A DNA stretch of 64,000 bases, from assembly GCA_028826165.1 (NCBI GenBank), contig JAPDFW010000022.1, positions 378,757 through 442,756 on the forward strand. Reading direction: 5' to 3'. The number at the start of each line of letters is the position of its first letter. The stretch's first letter is position 1. Shown here in pieces: positions 11,201 through 24,300 of this stretch. The position numbers were made by a program, and so were the translations under genes. The notes below the pieces were generated by a model. The model worked only from the letters and a program-made list of their open reading frames with translations, had not been told where the DNA came from and did not search any database. The DNA comes from Anaeramoeba ignava BMAN (lineage: Eukaryota; Protista; Anaeramoebae).

Positions 11201-13436
11201 AAAAATTGAGAACATTTTTGGAACTCATCCAAAGTTTAACTTTTTGGATAATGTCTTCAATCTCATTGGTGTGTTTTTTATACAGCGCTGCGAATTGATT
11301 GTGATACTTGAGAAAGACATCTCCCACACATTCGTAGTAATGCCAATTGGCTCTTTTTGTATTTAGTTCACCAACAAGCATTCGACTAAAAATGAATATT
11401 TTTTCAAACGTTCCAAAAAAACTTTCATATTCTTCTTCACTGATGATATTTCCAATAGCATCCTCCAAGTTTTTCAGAACGTTTGTCTGGAAATCTGACA
11501 AGCTATCGGAGAATTTCTTCTCATGCTGCCACAGTTCTTCAAATACTTTGTCTCGAAGTGTGGAAGGTCCTTTTGGATTTTTTCCTTCTTCAAATTCTTG
11601 CCATTCTTTTAGCATTTGTTCGTAATAATTTGTTTTCATGAAATTGTGTAATGTTGCGTTTAAGAGGTTTTGAATGTATTGGATTGATTCATCAAATAAA
11701 TTCGATGTTATTTCTCCTGTTTCGTAAATTTTGAGTATTTTGGATCTGATTTGAGATGAAACATTTAGTTCATATTTTCCTTTTTCGCTTAAGAACTATT
11801 TTAGGATCAAAATTTAATTGAAAATTAATTTAAATTTGAAATGAATTTTAATATTAAATTCAAATCAATTCAATTCAATATTTAATATTTAATTCAATAT
11901 TTAATTCAATATTTAATTCAATATTTAATATTTAATTCAAATTTAATTTAATTTAATTTAATTCAATTCAATTCAATATTTAATTCAATTCAATATTTAA
12001 TTCAATTCAATTCAATATTTAATTCAATTCAATATTTAATTAAATTTTAATTCAATTCAATATTTAATATTTAATTCAATATTTAATTCAATATTTAATT
12101 CAATATTTAATATTTAATTCAAAATTTAATTGAAAATTAATTCAAAATTTGAAATGAATTTTAATATTAAATTCAAATCAATTCAATTCAATATTCAATA
12201 TTTAATTCAATATTTAATATTTAATTCAATATTTAATTCAAATTTAATATTTAATTCAATATTTAATTCAATATTTAATTCAATTCAATTCAATATTTAA
12301 TATTTAATTCAAATTTAATATTTAATTCAATATTTAATTCAATATTTAATTTAATTCAATATTTAATTCAAAATTTAATTTAATTCAATATTTAATTTTA
12401 ATATTTAATTCAATATTTAATTTAATATTCAATTCAATTCAATATTTAATTCAATTCAATATTTAATTCAATTCAATATTTAAATTCAATATTTAATATT
12501 CAATTCAATATTTAATATTTAATATTTAATTTAATTCAATTCAATTCAATTCAATATTTAATTCAATATTTAATTCAATATTTAATATTTAATTCAATAT
12601 TTAATTCAATATTTAATTCAATTCAATTCAATTCAATTCAATTCAAATTCAAATTCAAATTCAAATTCAAATCAATATTCAATTCAAATTCAAATCAATA
12701 TTTAATTCAATTCAATTCAATATTTAATTCAATTCAATTCAATATTTAATTTAATATTTAATTCAATATTTAATTCAATTCAATATTTAATTTAATTAAA
12801 TTTTAATACTGTTTGAACAATTGTTTCAGCTGCATTTTTTAATTCATCCTCATATAAAATTTTGGAAAATTCTTGAGCAGCTTGAAAAAAAAGAAAATTT
12901 TCAAGACAAAACTGCTCTTGCAAATAAACTTGAAGATAAGGACGAGCAAAAGAAGCAAATAAAAGTTTTGAAGATACTTTAAGTTCATCAGGAATTTTTG
13001 ACTCTGCAAACATAACTTTTTTTGTTTTTTGAGGAGAAAGCAAATCATTAGGTTTATTTTTCTTTTGCTTCTTTTTTTTCTTTTCTTCTTGTTTCATTAA
13101 TTTTTTAAGTGGATCAACTGATTTATTTTTTCCTTTTTTTTTTTTATTTTGATTTTGATTTAAAAAACCATCTCCAGAAATTTGAAGATTTTGATAATGT
13201 TGATTTGCAAATTGCTCAAAAGGAGATGCTTTTAAATCTGGTAAAGGCAAAAATTTGCTTGTTTGATTTGCTCCTAATCCTATTCTTTTTTGTTGCTCTT
13301 CGTTTTGTTTTTGTTGATGCATTTTTAATAAATGAAGTCCAGGAAGAACTGGATATTCTTTGTTTTTATCTTCTTTATTAATGCTTGGAATTGTATTATC
13401 TTCTTTTAATTCAGTTGGAATTGGTGAACGAGACAT
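8300..13436 (-). CDS. RGS + DH (RhoGEF) + PH + MORN-repeat protein; exons 13436-12810, 11795-10041, 9600-9226, 8593-8300
   Basis: RGS motif YLQEQFCLENFLFFQAAQEF continues across intron 1 into FLSEKGKYELNVSSQIR; DH motifs RDKVFEELWQHEKKF, VGDVFL, HPDYINL; many YxGxF/W..GxG MORN repeats. Phase-0 GT-AG introns. Confidence 0.85.
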
Positions 13437-13809
13437 TTTTTATTTTTTCGTTATATTTTTTATTGAAAATTTCTTTTTATTTTTTTTTTTTGGATTGTTT
13501 TGTTTTGTTTTGTTTTGTTTTGTTTTGTTTTGTTTTGTTTTGTTTTGTGTTTTTTGTGTGATTTTTGTTTTAATTTTGGAAAAAGAAATTGATGAAAAAA
13601 AATTTGAAAAAGCAAAAAAAAAATAAATTTTAATTTTTTAATTTTTTTAATTTTTTTTTTAATTTTTAATTTTTTAATTTTTTTAATTTAAGAAAAATTT
13701 TTTAATCAAAATCAATTAAATAAAATCAAAAAAAAGATTTAAAAAAAAAAGATTTCAGAAATCTTTATTTGAAAATTTTTATAAAGATCTTTTTTTTTTA
13801 AATTTTAAT

Positions 13810-16800
13810 TTTGAAATTAATTTATATTTTGAAATTGAAATTGAAATTGAAATTGATTTATATTTTGAAATTGATTTATATTTTGAAATTGAAATAGATT
13901 TCGAAATTAATTTTGAAATTGAAATTGAAATTGAAATTAATTTTGAAATTGATTTTGAAATAGATTTATATTTTGAAATTGATTTATATTTTGAAATTGA
14001 AATTGATTTATATTTTGAAATTGAAATTGATTTATATTTTGAAATTGAAATTGATTTATATTTTGAAATTGAAATTAATTTATATTTTGAAATTGAAATT
14101 GAAATTGATTTATATTTTGAAATTGATTTATATTTTGAAATTGAAATTGATTTATATTTTGAAATTGATTTTGAAATTGATTTATATTTTGAAATTGAAA
14201 TTGATTTTGAAATTGAAATTGAAATTGAAATTGATTTTGTAATTGAAATTGATTTATATTTTGAAATTGATTTATATTTTGAAATTGAAATTGATTTTGA
14301 AATTGATTTATATTTTGAAATTGAAATTGATTTTGAAATTGAAATTGAAATTGAAATTGATTTTGTAATTGAAATTAATTTATATTTTGAAATTGATTTA
14401 TATTTTGAAATTGAAATTGATTTTGAAATTGATTTATATTTTGAAATTGATTTTGAAATTGAAATTGAAATTGATTTATATTTTGAAATTGAAATTGAAA
14501 TTGAAATTGAAATTGATTTTGAAATTGATTTTGAAATTGAAATTAATTTATATTTTGAAATTGAAATTGAAATTGATTTATATTTTGAAATTGAAATTAA
14601 TTTATATTTTGAAATTGATTTATATTTTGAAATTGAAATTGAAATTGAAATTGAAATTGAAATTGAAATTGAAATAGAATTTGAAATTGATTTATATTTT
14701 GAAATTGAAATTGATTTAGATTTTGAAATTGAAATTGAAATTGATTTATATTTTGTAATTGAAATTGATTTATATTTTGAAATTGATTTTGAAATTGAAA
14801 TTGAAATTGAAATTGATTTATATTTTGAAATTGAAATTGAAATTGAAATTGATTTATATTTTGAAATTGAAATTGATTTTGAAATTGAAATTGAAATTGA
14901 TTTATATTTTGAAATTGAAATAGAAATTGATTTATATTTTGAAATTGATTTATATTTTGAAATTAATTTATATTTTGAAATTAATTTATATTTTGAAATT
15001 GAAATAGATTTATATTTTGAAATAGATTTATATTTTGAAATTAATTTATATTTTGAAATTGATTTATATTTTGAAATTGATTTATATTTTGAAATTGAAA
15101 TTGAAATTAATTTATATTTTTAAATTGAAATTGAAATTGATTTATATTTTGAAATTGATTTATATTTTGAAATTGATTTATATTTTGAAATTAATTTATA
15201 TTTTGAAATTGAAATTGAAATTGAAATTGAAATTGAAATTGAAATTGAAATTGATTTATATTTTGAAATTGAAATTAATTTATATTTTGAAATTGAAATT
15301 AATTTATATTTTGAAATTGAAATTGAAATTGAAATTAATTTATATTTTGAAATTGATTTTGAAATTGATTTTGAAATTGAAATTGATTTATATTTTGAAA
15401 TTGAAATTGATTTATATTTTGAAATTAATTTATATTTTGAAATTGAAATTGAAATTGAAATTGAAATTAATTTATATTTTGAAATTGAAATTGAAATTGA
15501 AATTGAAATTGATTTATATTTTGAAATTGAAATTAATTTATATTTTGAAATTGAAATTAATTTATATTTTGAAATTGAAATTGATTTATATTTTGAAATT
15601 GAAATTGATTTATATTTTGAAATTGAAATTGATTTATATTTTGAAATTGAAATTGATTTATATTTTGAAATTAAAATTGAAATTGAAATTAATTTATAAT
15701 TTGAAATTGAAATTAATTTATATTTTGAAATTGAAATTGAAATTGAAATTGAAATTGATTTATATTTTGAAATTGAAATTAATTTATATTTTGAAATTGA
15801 AATTAATTTATATTTTGAAATTGAAATTGATTTATATTTTGAAATTGAAATTGATTTATATTTTGAAATTGAAATTGATTTATATTTTGAAATTGAAATT
15901 GAAATTGAAATTGAAATTGAAATTGAAATTAATTTATATTTTGAAATTGAAATTGAAATTGAAATTGAAATTGATTTATATTTTGAAATTGAAATTAATT
16001 TATATTTTGAAATTGAAATTAATTTATATTTTGAAATTGAAATTGATTTATATTTTGAAATTGAAATTGAAATTGAAATTAATTTATAATTTGAAATTGA
16101 AATTGAAATTGAAATTAATTTATAATTTGAAATTGAAATTGAAATTGAAATTAATTTATAATTTGAAATTGAAATTGAAATTGAAATTAATTTATATTTT
16201 GAAATTGATTTTGAAATTGATTTTGAAATTGAAATTGATTTATATTTTGAAATTGAAATTGATTTATATTTTGAAATTAATTTATATTTTGAAATTGAAA
16301 TTGAAATTGAAATTGAAATTAATTTATATTTTGAAATTGAAATTGAAATTGAAATTGAAATTAATTTATATTTTGAAATTGAAATTAATTTATATTTTGA
16401 AATTGAAATTAATTTATATTTTGAAATTGAAATTAATTTATATTTTGAAATTGAAATTAATTTATATTTTGAAATTGAAATTGATTTATATTTTGAAATT
16501 GAAATTGATTTATATTTTGAAATTGAAATTAATTTATATTTTGAAATTGATTTATATTTTGAAATTGAAATTGATTTATATTTTGAAATTGAAATTAATT
16601 TATATTTTGAAATTGAAATTGAAATTGAAATTGAAATTGATTTATATTTTGAAATTGAAATTGAAATTGATTTTGAAATTGAAATTGATTTATATTTTGA
16701 AATTGAAATTGAAATTGAAATTAATTTATAATTTGAAATTGAAATTGAAATTGAAATTGATTTATATTTTGAAATTGAAATTGAAATTAATTTATATTTT

Positions 16801-17030
16801 GAAATTGAAATTGATTTATATTTTGTAATTGAAATTGATTTATATTTTGAAATTGAAATTAATTTATATTTTGAAATTGATTTTGAAATTGATTTTGAAA
16901 TTGAAATTGATTTATATTTTGAAATTGAAATTGATTTATATTTTGAAATTGATTTATATTTTGAAATTGAAATAGATTTCGAAATTAATTTTGAAATTGA
17001 AATTGAAATTGATTTTGTAATTGAAATTGA
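13810..17030. repeat. Intergenic satellite of GAAATT mixed with (G/A)ATTTATATTTT units
   Basis: Directly visible; begins immediately after the ELP2 stop codon. Confidence 0.95.
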
Positions 17031-17032
17031 AC

Positions 17033-20000
17033 TCAATTCAATAAATCATCAAGAATAATCTCATAAAGTCTCACTGAATAATCATTACTACATCCTGCAA
17101 TTATAAACTCTTTTTTTAAAGCATTTCCTTCAAAATCATTAATTTTCCAAGATAAACGATTAACTGAATCAGAGAAAGAAATTGAATCAGGAAAAGAAAT
17201 AAACTTTTCAACGGAAATTTGATCTTGGTTATAATTTAATAATTTCCATATCTCCACTTTTCCTGTTTTAAACCCAATTGCAAACAAAGCAAATTCCATT
17301 TTTGATTCTGTCTTTAAAAATTCAAAAGGACAAAATGCAATTGAAGTAACTTCTGAATCAAATTCTAGTTTTGCATCAATTTCTACTATATTTTCCTCAG
17401 ATTTTTTATCATCTTGATTGCTTTTGTTATTGATTTTCCATAATTTCACAGATTTATCTAAAGATCCTGTGGCAAAAATTTGATTATTAACAAACCAAGA
17501 ACAGGATTTGATTCGATTTGAATGTGGTTTTGCTTTGAAAAATTCCTCAAAATCATCTCCATTTGTTTTTCTAAACACACAAAAAGAACGATCACGTGAA
17601 ACAGTAAGAAGATTATTGTTATCAAATGAAAATTCAGAATCAAGAACATCCATTGAATGCGGATTTGAGATTTTTTGTTTCAATTTCCAATCTTTTTTAT
17701 TCCATAAAAATAAAGATTGATCATTATCCTTTTCAATTTGACAAGCTGAAAAAATTAAATTCCCATCTTTTGAAACGCAAATGTTAGTAAGTGGATTATG
17801 ATGACCAATCAACTTTTGTGCTTCTGGCCATAAAGAATTTTGTTGCAAATTTGCTTCTGATAAAGGTTTTGAATGTGGAACAAAATCCTCAATTTTCAAT
17901 GTAATATTTTCCGCAAATTCTTGATCAATATTTTTCTTCTTGTTTGGATTTTGTTCTTCATTTTTGTTCTCTTTATAAGCTTGGAAATCCTCCACATATA
18001 GTGCTTTATTTGAAAGACCAAGCGGGGGAACTAATGATCCGATTGGTCTTTTTTGGTTTTGAATTTGATTTTGAGTTTGATTTTGAGTTTGATTTTGATT
18101 TTCACTTGAAAAATTTGTGATATTGGAAAATGTGGTTATAAATGTTTCTGTTGCTTGGAATACTCTAAGCGATCTTTCATCTGAACCACTGATATAAGTA
18201 AAAGGATCATTTGTAAATGTACTAACTGATAGAATTGAATATCCGTGTATTTGTGGTCTTGCAATTTCATACCAATTCAAATCACTAACTTTAATTATGT
18301 TTTTTGGAGATTTCTCCTTTTCCATTTCCTTTTCCTTCATCCATGGAGCAAATATTCTTGCTGTTCTGTCCTCAGAAACAGTGATAAAATAGTTCAAATC
18401 TTGATTCCAGACTAAATCATTGATTTCATTAAAATGTCCTGTTGTTAAATAAGAAAGATCCCAACTGTCATTATTAAATTCCCACAAATGTAATTCTGAA
18501 TTAAATCCATGGGATATAATTGACATTCCATCTGAGCTAATATGTCCTGACAAATATCCTAATGACCTGCTTTTCTCTCCCAAATATGCATATCCATGCC
18601 AAACACTTGTCTCAATATCTTGTTTCCAAAGGACTAGTTTTCTATCTGTTCCACTTGAAAGCAAGTTCAATTCTTTTTTGTTTTCTTGTTTTTCTTTTAC
18701 TTTCCAGTGTAAACTTTGAATCCAATCATCGTGTCCTCTTAAAACAGTTTCCAAATCCACTAAAACATAATAATCTCCCATTTGAATCACTTGTTGTTTG
18801 TTATATAATCCTTCTTTTTTTTCAAAATAAAATCCTTTTTCTATTGTATCCCCACTTGCATAAAAAGATAATTTGTATATTCTGATTGTATTATCTTGAC
18901 TACCGCTTGCCAAATAAAATCCTTTGTATTTCCATATTTTTATATATTTTTGTATTTTGAAGAATAAAAATGGATTTTTTAATTAATTTTTCTCTTTTGA
19001 ATTCATTTGATTACCATTTTCATTAGGAATTGGAATAAATGAAAGAGCTTTAATCCAATCTGTATGTCCATCCAATATTTTCTCTTTTTTAAACTGTTCT
19101 CTTTCATTCTTATTATTTTGATTATAAAAATTTAAATATTTAAAATATAAATATAAAATATAAAATATAAATATAAATTTAAATATAAATTTAAATCTAC
19201 TTCAAATAAACGACTAATATAAAGTGTGATTGTTCCAGTAACATCTCCTGTTGCCAAAATAATTGAACCATTTGAATTTTCTTTCTTTGGAAAATTCATG
19301 ACACTTGTTGATAAACTTTCAATTAAAAATTTTGGTTTAAATAGCAATTCTTGAAATAAATTCCATTCATCAATTTTTTCATTTTCATATTTTGTTTTCC
19401 AAATTTGAAGGTTTCCTTTCCAAGAGAAACAAAAAATATATAAGTTTTGATTTACAGATTTTTCTTGATTAAGTTTTTCATTAATAACTAAAGCATCAAG
19501 TAGAGTTATAGATCCAATTTTAGAAGAAAATGTGTATAAGCATTTGCAAGGATTCTAAAATTAAAAATTAAAATGAAATTAAAATTAAAATTAAAATTAA
19601 AATTAAAATTAAAATTAAAATTAAAAATTAAAATTAAAATTAAAATTGAAATTGAAATTAAAATTAAAATTAAAATTAAAATTAAAATTAAAATTAAAAT
19701 TAATATTAAAATTAAAATTAATATTAAAATTAAAATTAAAATTAATATTAAAATTAAAATTAAAATTAAAATTAAAATTAAAATTAAAATTGAAATTAAA
19801 ATTAAAATTAAAATTAAAATTAAAATTCATTTACAAAATTAAAATTAAAATTAAAATTAAAATTAAAATTAAAATTAAAATTAAAATTAAAATCAAAATT
19901 AATATTAAAATTAATATTAAAATTTAAAATTAATATTAAAATTAAAATTAAAATTATAATTAAAATTAAAATTAAAATTAAAATTAATATTAAAATTAAA

Positions 20001-20278
20001 ATTAATATTACATTCAAATCATAATTTTTTGATTCAGAAAATTCCCATAATTTAATAACTCCATCTGAATCTGCTGAAATTATAAATTCATTTATCCATT
20101 TAATACAATTAATTTTTCCAGAATGACCTTTTAAAACTGTAATATTTTTTTTTGTTTTTAAATCTGTTATAATAATTAAATTATTTGCTCCAAAACAAAT
20201 CAAATTATTATTTCCTATATCTAAACATTGCGATGTTTTATTTATTCCTGCAGAAATAAATTTTAATTTTGATATCAT
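17033..20278 (-). CDS. ELP2: Elongator complex subunit 2; exons 20278-20012, 19554-19201, ~19108-17033
   Basis: GHTDWIK, LASGSQDNTIR, GHDDWI, WYEIARPQIHGY, SGSDERSLRVF, VPPLGLSNKA and LWPEAQKLIGH are ELP2 signature motifs. Confidence 0.95.
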
Positions 20279-20349
20279 TTTTTTTAAAAAATGAAAAAAT
20301 GAAAAAATGAAAAAATATTTTTTTTTGTTTTATTTCAAAATTAAAAGAA

Positions 20350-21335
20350 ACAAAGAATTTAAAATTGAATTTGAAATAGAAATTGAAATTGAAATTGAAA
20401 TTAAAATTGAAATTAAAATTGAAATTGAAATTGAAATTAAAATTGAAATTGAAATTGAATTGAAATTGAAATTGAAATTGAAATTGAATTTGAAATTGAA
20501 ATTGAATTTGAAATTGAAATTAAAATTGAAATTGAATTTGAAATTGAAATTAAAATTGAAATTGAATTTGAAATTGAAATTGAAATTGAAATTGAAATTG
20601 AAATTGAAATTGAAATTGAAATTGAAACTAAAATTAAAATTGAAATTGAAATTGAAATTGAAATTGAAATTGAAATTGAAATTGAAATTGAAATTGAAAT
20701 TAAAATTGAAATTGAAATTAAAATTGAAATTGAAATTGAAATTGAAATTGAAATTGAAATTGAAATTAAAATTGAAATTGAAATTGAAATTAAAATTGAA
20801 ATTGAAATTGAAATTGATTTATATTTTGAAATTAAAATTGAAATTGAAATTGAAATTGATTTATATTTTGAAATTGAAATTGAAATTAAAATTGAAATTA
20901 AAATTGAAATTTGAAACTAAATTTGAAATTGAAATTAAAATTGAAATTAAAAGAAACAAAGAATTTGAAATTGAAATTGAAATTAATTTATATTTTGAAT
21001 TTGAAATTGAAATTGAAATTGAATTTGAAATTTGAAATAGAAATTGAAATTGAAATTTGAAATAGAAATAGAAATTGATATTAAAATTGAAATTGAAATA
21101 GAAATAGAAATTGAAATTGAAATTAAAATTGAAATTAAAATTGAAATTAAAATTGAAATTAAATTTGAAATTGAAATTGAAATTGAAATTGAAATTAAAA
21201 TTAAAATTGAAATTGAAATTGAAATTGATTTATATTTTGAAATTGAAATTGAAATTAAAATTGAAATTGAAATTGAAATTGAAATTAAAATTGAAATTGA
21301 AATTTGAAATAGAAATAGAAATTGAAATTGAATTT
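20350..21335. repeat. GAAATT/AAAATT satellite
   Basis: Directly visible; shares units with 13810-17030. Confidence 0.95.
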
Positions 21336-21345
21336 AAAGTTGTTT

Positions 21346-24300
21346 TCATTTATCTGAAATAGCAACTAAAAATGCATTCTTTTCATAATTTGAAAGAAAA
21401 GATAAAGCAAAAATAGATTTATTTTTTTTAATCACTAAATAATTATCACCAGAGTTTGAAGATTCACAATTAAAAAGTCCCCATTTTTCTTTGAAAATTA
21501 AACCAATATCATTTCTCCAAATTTCAAGTCTTTTTTTAGTAATTTTTAAATTTCCTTGAAAAGTTTTTGGATATTGTTCCAAAATAATTGAAAAATTAAA
21601 TGATTTATTTGATTTCCAAGCAATATTCATTTTCTTTTTAATATCACTCAAAAGTTGAGCTTCTTTTAATTGTTTCATCTTCTCAAGTTTATTATCAATT
21701 TCTTCTTGACTCATTTCTTCTATTTTTTCATTTTCTTTTTGTATTTCATTTTGTATTTCATTTTGTATTTCATTTTGTTCATTTTCATTATAAATATGAA
21801 TATCACTTGTTGTTTTCAATGGAAGTAATAAATCATTGTTTGTTGTATCATCAATTAAATTTTGATTTGGTTGTTTTGAAAAATGATTTTGTTCTGAATT
21901 TGTAGATTCTGTGTTTGGAGTATTATAATTAGTAAATTTTGGAAATGGAGATAAAGAATTAAGAAAATTCAAAAAAATATCATCTTTTTCTTCAATTATA
22001 TGATTTTTTGAATGGGAATCTTTATTGGTTTGATTTAAATGATCATTAGCAAATTGGAAAAATAATAAAGAGCGATAAATAAGATCTGATTCAAATAAAT
22101 TTTTGGATTGGAAAAATATTGTATTGATTGAATTTGTTGATTTGACTGAAAAATGAAATTTTTTTAAGTCTTCAGAAAAAAATCCAAATTCAATTGGTTC
22201 TGAATTCCATGAATAGGATATTTCTGTATATGATTCAGGTTTGAAAACAACAGCTTTTCTTAATATTTTCATTTCTGTTTCAATTACTCCAAATTTAGAT
22301 AAAATGCCAATATTAAATTTGCAGTTATTTTGAGTCCAATATCTGAAAACAAGAGCATTGATTCCCTGTTCCTTAGATATTATTGATCCATTTGTTACAA
22401 GTAAATCATTTGGATCGCATGAATAGATCTGAAAAATTCGGAACGATTTCCATAAAATCAAATTATCTTCTTGCTTTTTGACAAAAAAATGGATACTTTC
22501 AACTGAATCTATATAAATAATAAAATCATTTTTTGCTTTCCCTCGGTTGATTTGTAATTTAGATGTAGGGAAAAATCCACTTTGGAAAAGGATATACTTG
22601 TTCTTCTTTTCATTTTCTTTAATATTATCTTCTGAATTATTTTCAATGTTTTTTTTGGAAGAATTGAAAATTGATTTTGAGTTTGAGTTTGAGTTTAAAT
22701 TTGAATTTGAATTTGAATTTAAATTTAAACTTGAGCTTAATTTATGAGGAGTTGATTTTATTGAATAATCTCGTTTTAATGGTGTTTTTTTAGGAGTTGT
22801 TTTAGGAGTTTTTTTAGGAGTTTTTTTAGGTGTTGTTTTAGGAGTTGTTTTAGGTGTTTTTTTAGGTGTTTTTTTAGGAGTTGTTTTAGGTGTTTTTTTA
22901 GGTGTTTTTTTAGGTGTTTTTTTAGGAGTTGTTTTAGGTGTTTTTTTAGGAGTTGTTATATTTGTATTTGTATTTGTATTTGTATTTGTATTCGTATTCG
23001 TATTTGTATTTGTATTTGTATTTGTATTTCTTTGTAATAAAATTTCAAAGTGTACAAAATCCATTTCCAATTCTGCTTCAATAAGTTTAGGTTCTTCAAA
23101 TTCTGAAGAAGGATCAACAACTTGAATTTCAAATTTACAATATTCTTTTGCAAAATTTTTCTGTATTTCATTTATTTGATGATCTGTCTCTGATTGAGAA
23201 AATTGATTTGATTGATTGTCATTTCTATTAGTAGGAATTTTCTTTTCATTTGAATTTGAGAAAGAAAGTGATAATAATGGGAGTTGAGTATCTTGATTTA
23301 CCAAATCTTTTTGAGAGTCAGTAAAATTAGAATTTCTCCTTAAAATATCCCCATTTTGAGACTCATCTCGCTTTTTTTTCAAATCAAAAATTTTGAGACG
23401 AATTAAAGAAGTTGCAATTCCAAAAATTTGTTTGTTTCCAAAAGAAATTATAAAAGAGATATTAGACGGAAACACAATTTTGCAATAAGATTGAAAATTA
23501 GGATGAATTTGGAAATAAAATTGCTCATCTAACAAAGAAGAAGAGATACTTTCTTTGGAAAATTCTAGAGTGATATTATCATCTAAAATTTTGAGTTTTC
23601 CCATTTCAATAGGAAGAAAAAATTGATCTACAATTTTCACAGAAAAAATTGAAGGGATGATTTCCTTGAAATTGTATCTTATATGATAATGCCTTAATCT
23701 TGCATGATTTAATGTCTCGAAAGAATCAATCTTTGCAAGTGTCCATTTCTTCATGAGGAGATAAACAAACAGAAAATTGTTTTTGGTTTCCTCATTTGCG
23801 AACGAAATATGATAGTGAGTTTTTCTGTCCAAATCCAAATAGCACATTTTGGAATTGATTTCTGACAGCACATGAATATCAATAAGGTTTCTCTTTGAAA
23901 AAGATGTTGATATTATTTGCAAGAGTATTGAATCTGCTGCAAATTTCACAAATCCATGGATTATTTCTTCTTGTGAATGTGTTAAATAAGTTCCTTCAAA
24001 AGATTCCTTAAAAGATGATCGAATCAACATGGATTTTTTATAAAAACTGATCACAGAATCTCGAATAACATTTGTTTGAAATTTGAACACAAGTTCTTTC
24101 GTATTTGTGCAGAAATCAACTAAAGTTATTTGATCTTCAAGTTCGGATTCCATTAAATAAAATTGGGAAAAATTATAATCCTTGTTCTGTTCAGATTCGT
24201 TTTCATAAATAACAAATATTTGAGATGAAGTTATCATCAGCATACAACTTTGTTTTTCATTTTCAATTTTGTTTTGATTTTTTATGTCATCATTTGTAAT

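Noticed and set aside
13973-17036. Long ORFs (597 aa LKLIYI; 638 aa SISKYK) and similar ORFs at 19573-21362, 33574-33999, 46710-47274 and 49579-50492
   Set aside because: Stop-free readings of satellite DNA, not genes.
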